From contig CAXXGJ010000002.1 of the NCBI GenBank assembly GCA_963677895.2, forward strand, positions 320,001 through 384,000: a stretch of DNA of 64,000 bases, in the 5' to 3' direction. Both the position numbers and the translations under genes were made by a program. The DNA comes from Treponemataceae bacterium. GTDB taxonomy: Bacteria; Spirochaetota; Spirochaetia; Treponematales; Rectinemataceae. This document shows, one piece after another, positions 27,670-36,925 of this stretch; within the stretch, counting starts at the first letter, position 1; each line of letters opens with the position of its first letter. The notes under the pieces were generated by a model. It made no database searches and was not told the DNA's origin. It was given only the letters and a program-made list of their open reading frames with translations.

Positions 27670-29183
27670 GCCGCTTCCCCCGTCGCGCCCTTGGCGGCGC
27701 CAGTCGCGGCCTTGAGGATTTTCTCCTCCGAGGCCTCCGCACGGTCCATCACGGCGACAAGCTCGCCTTCGTGCATCACCGCAACGCGATCGGACATGCC
27801 CAGGATCTCGGGCAGTTCGGAGGAGATCATGATGATGGCCATGCCCTCGGCCGCCATGCTCGACATGAATTCGTGGACCGCAGCCTTCGTCCCCACGTCG
27901 ATGCCCTTGGTGGGCTCGTCGAGGATGAGGATGCGCGGCTGGGTGGCCAGCCACTTGGCCAGGACCACTTTCTGCTGGTTGCCGCCCGAAAGCGTTAGCG
28001 CCTCGACATCCCAGCCCGCCGCCCTGATCTCCATCTTGGCGCCGTATTCGCGGGCGAGGGCGGCTTCCCGCTTCATCGCGACGAAACCGGCCTTGGAGAG
28101 GCTCGCCGTCTGTGGCAGGCAGATATTGTTCGCTATGGAGAGAGGCAGGACGAGGCCCTGGCCCTGCCTGTCCTCGGGCACGTAGGCGAGTCCATGGGCG
28201 AGCGCGGCGCAGGGATCGGCGAAACGGACTTTCTTGCCTTCGAGGAAGATTTCGCCCGAATCGAGGGGGTCGAGGCCGAGGAGGGACTTCATGATCTCGC
28301 TCCTCCCCGCGCCCACGAGGCCGAAAAAGCCGAGGATTTCGCCTTTCCTGAGCGAAAAACTCACATCTTTGAAGGATCGCCCGGAACTGAATCCCTCTAT
28401 CCTGAGGATTTCCTCGCCTATCTCGGCCTCGCGCTTGGGGAACATCTGGCTCAGTTCGCGGCCGGCCATGAGGCGGACGAGGGAATCGATCGTGGCGTCT
28501 TTCATGAGGCCGGCGCCGATCAGCTTGCCGTCGCGGAGCACGGTGTAGGAGTCCGCGATGGCGAAAAGTTCGTCGAACTTGTGGGAGATGAAGAGAATGG
28601 CCGTCCCGCTGTCGCGGAGCTGGCGGACGATCTTGAAAAGATCCTCCGTCTCGCGTATCGAAAGCGCGCTCGTCGGCTCGTCCATGATGAGAAGACGGGC
28701 GTTCATCGAAAGGGCGCGCGCTATGCCCACCATGTGGCGCTGCGCGACCGAGAGTTCCGAAACCATGGCGTCTGGATCTACGTCCAGCTCGATGCGCGCG
28801 CATAACTCCCTGGTTTTGGCCCGCATGCCGGGCCAATCGAGGAGGCCGATGCCGCGCTTCCTCAGCATGTGGCCCGAGAAGACATTCTCGGCGACCGACA
28901 GATCGGGGAACATGATGGGTTCCTGATGGATGGCGACGATGCCCGTCAGCTGGGCTTCGACCGTGGAGGAGAATTTCCGCTCGGTTCCCTCGAAGTCGAT
29001 GCGCCCGGCCGTCGGCCTGTAGAGACCGGTGAGGACTTTCACGAGGGTAGACTTCCCCGCTCCGTTCTCGCCGATCAGGGCGTGCACTTCACCCGGCCGG
29101 ACCGAGAGGTCCACATCGTCGAGGGCTTTGATGCCGGGGAAATACATCGAGATGCCCCGCATCTCGAGAATGTTCGAGTCCAC
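27666..29183 (-). CDS. rhaT: Rhamnose ABC transporter ATP-binding protein
   Basis: GENGAGKST, MDEPTS, YVPEDR, LSGGNQQK, DEPTKGID; GTG start after GGAGGA. Confidence 0.88.
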   Translation of the reverse strand: MDSNILEMRGISMYFPGIKALDDVDLSVRPGEVHALIGENGAGKSTLVKVLTGLYRPTAGRIDFEGTERKFSSTVEAQLTGIVAIHQEPIMFPDLSVAENVFSGHMLRKRGIGLLDWPGMRAKTRELCARIELDVDPDAMVSELSVAQRHMVGIARALSMNARLLIMDEPTSALSIRETEDLFKIVRQLRDSGTAILFISHKFDELFAIADSYTVLRDGKLIGAGLMKDATIDSLVRLMAGRELSQMFPKREAEIGEEILRIEGFSSGRSFKDVSFSLRKGEILGFFGLVGAGRSEIMKSLLGLDPLDSGEIFLEGKKVRFADPCAALAHGLAYVPEDRQGQGLVLPLSIANNICLPQTASLSKAGFVAMKREAALAREYGAKMEIRAAGWDVEALTLSGGNQQKVVLAKWLATQPRILILDEPTKGIDVGTKAAVHEFMSSMAAEGMAIIMISSELPEILGMSDRVAVMHEGELVAVMDRAEASEEKILKAATGAAKGATGEAA

Positions 29184-29300
29184 TGGAGATCCTCCTTGAA
29201 AAGTTGAACCGCTGAAATGAAGAGTGCCTCGTCGCGCGGCGCGTCGGGAGGCCCGGCGCGCCGCGGCAAAGGCAGTAAAAAATCGAAGTTGTTGCGAAAC

Positions 29301-30302
29301 TCAGAACATCTTGGCGAACTTGGCGACGTTTTCCTTCGTGAAGACGAAGGGAACGCCCATGACCGCGTTGCCGTCCTTGCCGATCGCGATGTTGCCCATG
29401 CGTCCGGCTTTTACCACGTCGCCGTCATTGCCTTTCACCTGTCCTTTCACGAGGGCGTAGGCGATGTAGGTGGCGGAGTAGCCGAGGTCGATGGGATTCC
29501 ACAGGGCGAATTTCCTGGAGATGTCCTTTTCGGTGTAGTACTTCATCTCGGAGGGGAGTCCGAGGCCGGTGAGTTCGACCTTGCCCTTCAGTCCCTTGTC
29601 CTCGATGGCTTTTCCCGCGGCGGCGACGCCGACCGTGGTCGGGGAGATGATGCCGCGGAGGTTGGGATAGGATTCGAAGAGGCCCAGGGCTTCGCGATAG
29701 GACTTGTCGGAGAGGTCGTCGCCGTAGACGGTCGCGACCAGTTTCATCTGGCTGTATTCGGGTTTCTTCAGCTCTTCCTTCATCCAGCCGATCCAGGCGT
29801 TCTGGTTCGTGGCCTGGCTGGTGGCGGAGAGGATGGCGATCTCGCCTTTCTTGCCGATGAGTTCGGCGATCAGCTGCACCTGCTGGCGGCCGATGAGGTC
29901 TTCCTTGGAGGGAACGAGATCGACGAGGCGGCCGTCCTTGGCCACGCCGGAGTCGAAGGAGATGACTTTGATGCCGGCTTTCATCGCTTTCTTGGCGATG
30001 GGAACGAGGGCGTCGCGGTCGTTGGCGGAGATCGCGATGGCGTCCACGCGCTGGGCGATCAGGGAATCGATGATTTCGATCTGTCCCTCGGCGGTCGGCG
30101 TCGCGGGACCCTGGTAGATGAGCTCGACGTTGCCGAGTTCCTTGGCCGCTTCCTGGCCGCCGTCGCGGCAGGCTTCGAAGAAACCGTTGCCGAGGCCTTT
30201 GACGACCATGGCGATGCGGATTTTCTGCTGGGCGAACGCGGCGCCCGAGGCGAACAGGGCGAAGACGAGCAGCAACGCTACAAAACGAAACGCTTTTTTC
30301 AT
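29301..30302 (-). CDS. rhaS: Rhamnose ABC transporter substrate-binding protein (not the AraC regulator of the same name)
   Basis: Signal peptide; KGLGNGFF, ATNQNAWI, YGDDLSDKS, SPTTVG, GLGLPSEM, LWNPIDLGY. Confidence 0.88.
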   Translation of the reverse strand: MKKAFRFVALLLVFALFASGAAFAQQKIRIAMVVKGLGNGFFEACRDGGQEAAKELGNVELIYQGPATPTAEGQIEIIDSLIAQRVDAIAISANDRDALVPIAKKAMKAGIKVISFDSGVAKDGRLVDLVPSKEDLIGRQQVQLIAELIGKKGEIAILSATSQATNQNAWIGWMKEELKKPEYSQMKLVATVYGDDLSDKSYREALGLFESYPNLRGIISPTTVGVAAAGKAIEDKGLKGKVELTGLGLPSEMKYYTEKDISRKFALWNPIDLGYSATYIAYALVKGQVKGNDGDVVKAGRMGNIAIGKDGNAVMGVPFVFTKENVAKFAKMF

Positions 30303-30410
30303 GAAAAGCCTCCTGGGAGATTTTGAGTACTATCACATGATGAGGGCGTTTCCAGAAACGCGAAATAGCATGGGTCTACGATTCGGGTGTGCTGGTTCTA
30401 CGATCCCGGA

Positions 30411-31112
30411 CTATTGCCTGCCCTCAGGCTTGCTCTCCGAGGGGTAGGCGCCCAGGAGTTCGCGGTAGCGCCTCGAAAAATGGCGGACATCCGAATAGCC
30501 CACGGCGCGGGCGGCCTCGGCCACGGAGAGTCCGCCTTCCAGGAGGAGCCGCCTGGCCTCGTTCACCCGGAATCGTGTGAGGTAAGACATGAAGGTTTCG
30601 CCCATTTTCTTGTGGAAGAAGGCCGAAAGATAGTTGGGCGTGAATCCCGTCATCTCCGCGAGATCGGCGATGCTCACGTCGGCGTTGAAATTGCGCGCCA
30701 CATGTTCCAGGACGCGCGCGATCACCGGATCCTGTTCCGGACTGGAAGGCAGCATCCTGAAACGTTCGAGACAGGCGTGAAAATCGCCGGGATCGACGGG
30801 CTTGACGAGGTATTCGGTGACCCCCAGTCTCAGCGCCGCGCGCGCGTATTCGAACTCGCTGTAGCTTGAAACGATTGCCCAGGAAGTTCCGGTCGCCGCG
30901 GGAACGCAGCGGCGCAGCGCCTCCAGCCCGTCCATTCCCGGCATGCGGATATCGACGAAGCAGAGCCGCGGCTTTTCCGCCATGACCATGTCGACGAGTT
31001 CCAAGCCGTCGCCCGCTTCCCCGATGTCCTCGGGCGAAAAACCCTCGTCCAGCAGAAAAGATTTCAGCAGGAACCTGGCCGGAGCCTCGTCGTCGGCAAC
31101 GATTACCTTCAT
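30411..31112 (-). CDS. Response regulator, REC + AraC HTH (YesN-like)
   Basis: ADDE, VDIRMPGMDG, YLVKPV; C-terminal YLSAFF...VGYSDVRHFSRRY. Confidence 0.9.
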   Translation of the reverse strand: MKVIVADDEAPARFLLKSFLLDEGFSPEDIGEAGDGLELVDMVMAEKPRLCFVDIRMPGMDGLEALRRCVPAATGTSWAIVSSYSEFEYARAALRLGVTEYLVKPVDPGDFHACLERFRMLPSSPEQDPVIARVLEHVARNFNADVSIADLAEMTGFTPNYLSAFFHKKMGETFMSYLTRFRVNEARRLLLEGGLSVAEAARAVGYSDVRHFSRRYRELLGAYPSESKPEGRQ

Positions 31113-33070
31113 TTTCTTTCGCGTTCCTCCAGAGGCATCGAGACGATGGCGGTGAAACCTTGACCTTCGGCGCCCGCGAGATCCAGCCTCGCGTCCTTGT
31201 ACAGCAGTTCCAGCCGTTTCCTCACGTTGCCCAGCCCCACTCTTTCATGGAGGAGGCTCCCGTTCCCGACAGCCTCGAGCGATGCCGGATCGCATCCTAC
31301 GCCGTCATCCTGCACCTTCATGACGAGCGTGTCTTTTTCGATCCGAGCCCCGATAAAGAGCCTGCCCGGACCCATCTTGGGCTCCAGCCCATGGATGAAG
31401 GCGTTCTCGACGAGGGGTTGCACGATGAGCTTGGGAATATGGATGTCGTCGGTGCTTTCGTCGCTTTCGAACACGAAATCGAAGCGGTTTCCGTGTCTGA
31501 GTTTCTGCAGCTCGCAGTACTTTTCAAGGAAAGCGAATTCTTCGAAGACGGTGGTCCATTGGTCGTGGCCCAGCGCGTATCTCAACATATCCTTGAGCGC
31601 GATGATGGCAGTCTCCAGCTTTTCGGACTCGCCCATGCGGTTCAGGGCCATCAGCGAGGTGAGCACGTTGTATATGAAATGCGGCTGGATCTGGGCCTGC
31701 AGCGCCTCCAGTCCCGCGTCGTGCCGGGCGGCGAGGGCGGCGTGGACTTCCACGCTGTCCAGAACCTGGGCGGCGTAGTCGGCTATGGCGGTGAGCCGCG
31801 AGAATTCGAGGTCGGTAAAGCCTCGGTCGTCGCGCGCGAAGAGGAAATAGCCCGCGTTTTTTCTGCGCACCGTCATCGGCACCACGAGAAGGGAGGCAAT
31901 GGAGGTCGCGAATCCCAAGGTTCCGAGGCTGAAATTCTCGGCTGACAGTTCCTTGACGAAGAAGGTGGCGTTGGGCGTCGGCAGGATTCTATGGAACTCA
32001 TCCAGCGTTCTCGCCTCTCCCTTGGGCCAGGCGGGCAGGGAATCGAAGCCGGATTTCGCGGCGAGCTGCAGGTCGCCGCCCTTGCGCGAGAAAACGCATA
32101 CGCTGCGCGCGCCGCCTTCCCTCAGCAGGGCGTCGGAGAGTATCGAGAGGATGGTTTCGGAATCGGGCGCCTCGGGCAGCGCTTCGTTGACGTCCTTCAG
32201 GATGCTCGGAATCGATTCGACGTTCTTCTTGAGGTCGTCGGCCAGACGCTGGAAGGCCGAGCCGAGGGCTCCCAGCTCATCCTTGCTGCTTATGGGGACA
32301 TGGACGGAGAAATCGCCCTCGGCTACTTTCCCGATCGCGCTTTGCAGGTTGCGTATGGAGACGAGTATTCCCGAGCTCAGGAGGTAGACGACGATGACGG
32401 TCAGGCTTCCGAGGAGGAGAACGGCGATGGCGAAGGTGAGGGTGGCGGCGCGCTCGAGGCTCTCCGCCTGGAGCCTTATGCCCCTGACGAAGCGATTGAG
32501 GAAGCTTTCGAAGATATTGTTGAGATAGAAAGAGGAATCGCGTATTTCGCCGAAAATCCCATAGAGGGACTCGTCCTTGCTCTCCTGTACCATCATGTAG
32601 AGGTCTTTTCCCTCAACGGGACTAAGGTCGCGGACTCTCTCGAAAAGGCCGGAGAGCCGCTCGAACTTGGCGAAGGCCTGGCCGGCGAGGGGAGCGGCCG
32701 TCTCGTAAGCCGACGAAAGTTCGGGATTTCGCTTAAGTATGTAGGTGATCATGTTGTCCTGCATGAAAATCCCGTACTCGTCGCGGAACAGCCCGGTTTC
32801 GTGGGCGAATTCCTTGCCCGTGACCAGGGACCTCGGAGCCAGGACCACCGATCTGAGCGCCTGGTAGGAATCGGGGGTGAAAAGGTCGAAAACGACATCC
32901 TTGAGGAGGCTGTATACCCTGCGGGAACGGGCTATCAGCGACATTCCGTTCTCCACCACCGTCTTCATTTCCCTCACGCGGGCGAAGGTGGTGACCGACA
33001 ATGCCGAGAGTCCGACGAAGCCTATCAGTTCAACGAGGAGTACGGCGAGAAATTTCGTTCGGATGCGCAC
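31109..33070 (-). CDS. Sensor histidine kinase, YesM/LytS-type (TM-periplasmic-HAMP-GAF-kinase)
   Basis: Two TM segments, HAMP (SKDELGALG), LQAQIQPHFIYNVL, QPLVENAFIHG, DDGVG, GLGNV. Confidence 0.9.
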   Translation of the reverse strand: MRIRTKFLAVLLVELIGFVGLSALSVTTFARVREMKTVVENGMSLIARSRRVYSLLKDVVFDLFTPDSYQALRSVVLAPRSLVTGKEFAHETGLFRDEYGIFMQDNMITYILKRNPELSSAYETAAPLAGQAFAKFERLSGLFERVRDLSPVEGKDLYMMVQESKDESLYGIFGEIRDSSFYLNNIFESFLNRFVRGIRLQAESLERAATLTFAIAVLLLGSLTVIVVYLLSSGILVSIRNLQSAIGKVAEGDFSVHVPISSKDELGALGSAFQRLADDLKKNVESIPSILKDVNEALPEAPDSETILSILSDALLREGGARSVCVFSRKGGDLQLAAKSGFDSLPAWPKGEARTLDEFHRILPTPNATFFVKELSAENFSLGTLGFATSIASLLVVPMTVRRKNAGYFLFARDDRGFTDLEFSRLTAIADYAAQVLDSVEVHAALAARHDAGLEALQAQIQPHFIYNVLTSLMALNRMGESEKLETAIIALKDMLRYALGHDQWTTVFEEFAFLEKYCELQKLRHGNRFDFVFESDESTDDIHIPKLIVQPLVENAFIHGLEPKMGPGRLFIGARIEKDTLVMKVQDDGVGCDPASLEAVGNGSLLHERVGLGNVRKRLELLYKDARLDLAGAEGQGFTAIVSMPLEERERK

Positions 33071-33110
33071 CGCGAAACAATATCATGGCGCGACGAATAC
33101 CGCAAATTCT

Positions 33111-34559
33111 TTATGGCCGGGAGGAATCGCGGGAAGAATCGCGCAGGCGAAGAATCTCCTGCCTGAGAAACTTTTCCATATACTGCAGTTCGCGTTCGCT
33201 CAGGCCGGAACCCAGGATAAGGTGTTTCGTGCCCGCCTCTATCTTGAGTTCCTTGGCCGCGATGTTGTTGACCTGCGTGCGCGAAGTAACCACCTGAATC
33301 GAGCCAATATCCTTGAGGGGCCAGGATGCGAGGCGTTCGCGGCCGAAGATTTCGGTGCGGAAATGGAAGTCGTCGCGCGTCAGGAGAATGCCGTATTTCG
33401 TGAATCGGGGCGCCAGGATGGTTTTCCCCATGAAGATGCCGACGCCCCAGAAGGGGAGGCTGAACATGGGGAACATCATGGGAGCCCGCATTCTCAAGGT
33501 CATGAGCGTCCAGAAAGCGATGAAGCCGATCCAGGCCGCCGCGAATATCACGCCGGGGCCTGACGATGCCCTGATGCCCGCGCGGGGTATCGTCAGGCTG
33601 GTGCTATCCTCCGTCCGCTCGATGACGACTTTGCTTTCTTCGGGCAGGCTTTCTGGGTAGGCCGTGCCAGCGTACTTTCTCGCCCCGGTTTCGGGTGCCG
33701 CGGAGGAATGCCGCGCTTGGCTTTGCGGCGGTATCCGCGATGTTTCCGGCACCTCGATCTCTCCGCGAAGTATAGCGGCGGCCTTGGCCGCGGGAAGGCT
33801 CCGGCGGCTGACGTCGGGATCGAGCCAGGAGGAAAGGACGCTGTCCAGCCTGGGCGAAATGTCGACGATGCCGCTCAGGTCTATTTTTAGGCCGCTCGTG
33901 GGCAGTTCGGCCGGATTTCTGCCTGTCAGGAGAAAGACGGCCGTCGCGGCCGCGCCGTAGAGATCGGAGCGATGCGTCGCCCTGCCGGCTACCTGTTCCA
34001 GGGGGATGTAGCCCGCCGTTCCCACCAGGGTGGCCCCGGGGAAAAGCGCCGTCCGTACGGCGTCCTGGACGCCGGAAAAATCGACGAGAGCGATCGTGTC
34101 GTCCTTTCTGAGGATGATGTTGCGCGGGTTCACGTCCCTGTGGACGATGGGAGGACGCAGGGAGCCAAGGTAGGCAAGGATTTCGGAGAGCTCAGCCAGA
34201 ATCCTCTCGACATCGGCTTCGGTGAATTTTCTGCCCGACCTGACGATCTTTTCGAGATCCTGTCCTTCTATATATTCCATGGCGAGCACGAGGCGCAGGC
34301 GGCCTTCCGACTCTGCCTCGAAGCTGTCGAAATACCCCGGAATTCCGGGATGGGCGAGGCTTTTCAGCGCCTCGGCCTCGCGTCTGAATATGTCCACCAT
34401 ATTCCAGGAGGATGTTTCGGTGAGGTCCAGTACCTTGAGCACGGCCTGGGGCTTGCCCGACTCCGGATTCTCCGGGCTGGCGAGCCATGTCGAGGCGGAG
34501 ATTCCCCTCCCCAGCTGCCGTATGAGTCTATATTCCCCTATTTTTTCCGATTCTTTCAA
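33111..34559 (-). CDS. Hanks-type Ser/Thr kinase-like membrane protein with atypical catalytic motifs
   Basis: VLKVL, REAEALKSLAHPGIP, HRDVNPRN, VDFSG, GTAGYIPLEQ, SDLYG; two C-terminal TM helices. Confidence 0.82.
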   Translation of the reverse strand: MKESEKIGEYRLIRQLGRGISASTWLASPENPESGKPQAVLKVLDLTETSSWNMVDIFRREAEALKSLAHPGIPGYFDSFEAESEGRLRLVLAMEYIEGQDLEKIVRSGRKFTEADVERILAELSEILAYLGSLRPPIVHRDVNPRNIILRKDDTIALVDFSGVQDAVRTALFPGATLVGTAGYIPLEQVAGRATHRSDLYGAAATAVFLLTGRNPAELPTSGLKIDLSGIVDISPRLDSVLSSWLDPDVSRRSLPAAKAAAILRGEIEVPETSRIPPQSQARHSSAAPETGARKYAGTAYPESLPEESKVVIERTEDSTSLTIPRAGIRASSGPGVIFAAAWIGFIAFWTLMTLRMRAPMMFPMFSLPFWGVGIFMGKTILAPRFTKYGILLTRDDFHFRTEIFGRERLASWPLKDIGSIQVVTSRTQVNNIAAKELKIEAGTKHLILGSGLSERELQYMEKFLRQEILRLRDSSRDSSRP

Positions 34560-34586
34560 CGAGCGTATTCCTTACGGACCGAGCGT

Positions 34587-35153
34587 TTATTCTCTGGACT
34601 CATCCCGGTAATCGTTTATCATGTTCGCTTTCTTGAGCGCTTCGAGCGCCTTGGCTCTCTCCATTCTGAGCCCCAGTTCCTCGTAGGTGTCGGCCAGGTT
34701 GAACCAGGCTTCGGCCATATCGGGATCGATGGCTACCGCTTTCTCGAAACATTTTCGCGCTTCGGCATATTCGGATTTCCTGAAGCGAATGACGCCCAAG
34801 TCGTTCCAGGCCTGCGCGAAATCGGGACGCTGTTCGATGGCGTTCCCGTATAGATCGGCGGCGCTCGCGAAATCATCTTCCTCGTAGGAGAGGAGGCCGA
34901 GGGCGTGGATGAAGTCAGGCTCTCCGGGGTTGAGACGCAGCGCTTCCAGCAGATCCTGCCTCGCTCCCGAAAAATCCCCCGTCAGCCTTCTGGCCTCGGC
35001 CCGGTTGAAGAGAATGCCCGGCAGGTCCGGATTCAGGGAGAGCGCCTCGGTAAAAACGGCTATCGCTTCGGGATATCTTCCCGAGTCGGTCATCCTGATC
35101 CCCTTGGTATTCAGCGACGAGATCTCGGGATTTTGATCGGACTGCGCCTGCAT
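34587..35153 (-). CDS. Tetratricopeptide repeat protein
   Basis: Repeated TPR units (EALSLNP, AWNDLG, AWFNLA); AAGGAGG SD before ATG 35153. Confidence 0.85.
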   Translation of the reverse strand: MQAQSDQNPEISSLNTKGIRMTDSGRYPEAIAVFTEALSLNPDLPGILFNRAEARRLTGDFSGARQDLLEALRLNPGEPDFIHALGLLSYEEDDFASAADLYGNAIEQRPDFAQAWNDLGVIRFRKSEYAEARKCFEKAVAIDPDMAEAWFNLADTYEELGLRMERAKALEALKKANMINDYRDESRE

Positions 35154-35350
35154 ATGCGTCCTCCTTGGATCTGGCATACTTCCGGTTCCTGGTGACCGGT
35201 ACAATGCCCTATGCCTACGAATGATAATGGATTTTTCGACAAAGGTCATTATAATTACCATGAATGGGCAAATTTGTTTGCCGCAACGCTTTATTTCTTA
35301 AACGATATATTTTTATCTATAATAAAATGCTGTCGATGCCCAATCGGGGC

Positions 35351-35379
35351 TTGTCTAAAATATGAAGGACTTGTATAAT
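35351..35379 (+). promoter_or_regulatory. sigma70 promoter of the hydrogenase operon
   Basis: TTGTCT, 17 bp, TATAAT in an AT-rich intergenic region. Confidence 0.7.
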
Positions 35380-35437
35380 GTCAATATATTATTATCGATA
35401 TAGTTGTACTTATATATAGCAATGTGGAGGTAGTGGC

Positions 35438-35914
35438 ATGCCGGCTGCGAACATCGAATTTTCGGGCGAACTGAACGGCTTTATCGAGGAATGGGGCAAG
35501 AAACCCGGTGGGCTCGTCATGATGCTTCACCGTATCCAGAACGAATTCGGCTATATCCCGCGCGAAGCGGCCGAAAAACTGTCCAGAATGGTCGGGCTTC
35601 CCCTGGCCAAGATATACGGCGTCATCACCTTCTATCATTTCTTCAAGACCAAGATGCCCGGAAAGCACAGAATCGCCATGTGCATGGGCACCGCATGCTA
35701 TCTCAAGGGAGCTCAGGACATCGTCGAAGAGGCGAGATCCATTCTGGGAATCTCCGGGGACGATGTCACCGACGACGCCCTTTTCAGCATCGACGAAGTG
35801 CGCTGCCTCGGCTGCTGCGGCCTCGCTCCCGTCATCCAGGTGGACGACGAAGTATACGGCAAGGTCACCAAGGATCAGCTTCCGGATATCATCGTAAAAT
35901 ACAGGAATCTTTGA
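35438..35914 (+). CDS. hndA: [FeFe]-hydrogenase NuoE-like [2Fe-2S] subunit (HndA/HydC)
   Basis: GVITFYHFF, CMGTACYLKG, RCLGCCGLAP. Confidence 0.9.
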   Translation: MPAANIEFSGELNGFIEEWGKKPGGLVMMLHRIQNEFGYIPREAAEKLSRMVGLPLAKIYGVITFYHFFKTKMPGKHRIAMCMGTACYLKGAQDIVEEARSILGISGDDVTDDALFSIDEVRCLGCCGLAPVIQVDDEVYGKVTKDQLPDIIVKYRNL

Positions 35915-35948
35915 CGAAGGCCCTCGCGACCGTCGGGCAGGTTTTTTA

Positions 35949-36500
35949 ATGCACTACGAAATCGTCGATTTCCTGATCGACATCGTGCAGAACTCCTGCG
36001 AGGCGGGCGCCAGGTCCATAGACGTCGCTTTGGATGAAGACGAAGCGAAGGTCAGCGTCCGGGTGAGCGATGACGGGAAAGGGATGGATGCCGATCAGCT
36101 TCGGCGCGCCCTCGATCCCTTCGTCACCGATGGGCGCAAACATCCCGGCCGGAAGGTGGGGCTTGGGCTGCCTTTTTTAAAGCAGGCCACCGACCAGGAC
36201 GGCGGGGAATTCTTCATCGAATCGGAGAAGGGGCGGGGAACCGAAGTGGCTTTCCGTTTCGACAGGAAAAACGTGGATTGCCCCCCCTCGGGCGACGTGC
36301 CGGGAATGCTGCTCACGATTTTATGCCTGCCCGGAGCGCATGAGATGACCATCTCCAGGAAGCGGGGCGGGTCTTCGTACGAACTTAAGAAGAGCGAGTT
36401 GACAGAGGCGCTTGGGAATCTCGAAGAGGTTTCCTCGCTCGCTCTGCTGAAGCAATATTTGCGATCGCAGGAAGAAGGAGTAGACCTATGGCAAGGATGA
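35949..36500 (+). CDS. Stand-alone HATPase_c (histidine-kinase-like ATPase) protein
   Basis: DIVQNS, DDGKGM, DPFVT, GLGLP boxes; no sensor or recognisable DHp domain. Confidence 0.82.
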   Translation: MHYEIVDFLIDIVQNSCEAGARSIDVALDEDEAKVSVRVSDDGKGMDADQLRRALDPFVTDGRKHPGRKVGLGLPFLKQATDQDGGEFFIESEKGRGTEVAFRFDRKNVDCPPSGDVPGMLLTILCLPGAHEMTISRKRGGSSYELKKSELTEALGNLEEVSSLALLKQYLRSQEEGVDLWQG

Positions 36501-36925
36501 CCCTCGACGAGCTTCGGGCGCTTCGTGATTCGAAACGTCAGGACTTGGCGCGGCGGGATGTGGAAGGCAAGGACATCCAGATTATTGTCGGAATGGGAAC
36601 GTGCGGGATCGCCGCCGGCGCGAAGCTTACCTTCGATGCTCTCGTCGATTCGATCCAGAAACACGGCCTTGAAAACAAGGTTCTCATCAGACAGACCGGA
36701 TGCATGGGACTCTGCTATGTGGAACCGACCGTCGAAGTGCTGTTCCCCGGGATGCCCACCGTCATCTACGGAAAGATGACCAAGGACACGGCCGAGGAAT
36801 TCGTGCAGAAGCATTTGATCGAGCATACTTTGCTCGACAATCATATTTTCGACCGCCCGGCGGCCGACATAGTCGCTAAGACCGATGGCGCCGCCTTCCG
36901 CGATGCTCCTAAGGGAGGCAGATGA
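36488..36925 (+). CDS. hndB: Thioredoxin-like [2Fe-2S] ferredoxin subunit (HndB/HydD)
   Basis: VGMGTCGIAAGA, TGCMGLCYVEP. Confidence 0.88.
   Translation: MARMTLDELRALRDSKRQDLARRDVEGKDIQIIVGMGTCGIAAGAKLTFDALVDSIQKHGLENKVLIRQTGCMGLCYVEPTVEVLFPGMPTVIYGKMTKDTAEEFVQKHLIEHTLLDNHIFDRPAADIVAKTDGAAFRDAPKGGR

Noticed and set aside
35400..35425. Rex operator upstream of the hydrogenase operon
   Set aside because: Only one half-site resembles the TTGTGAA-N4-TTCACAA consensus.
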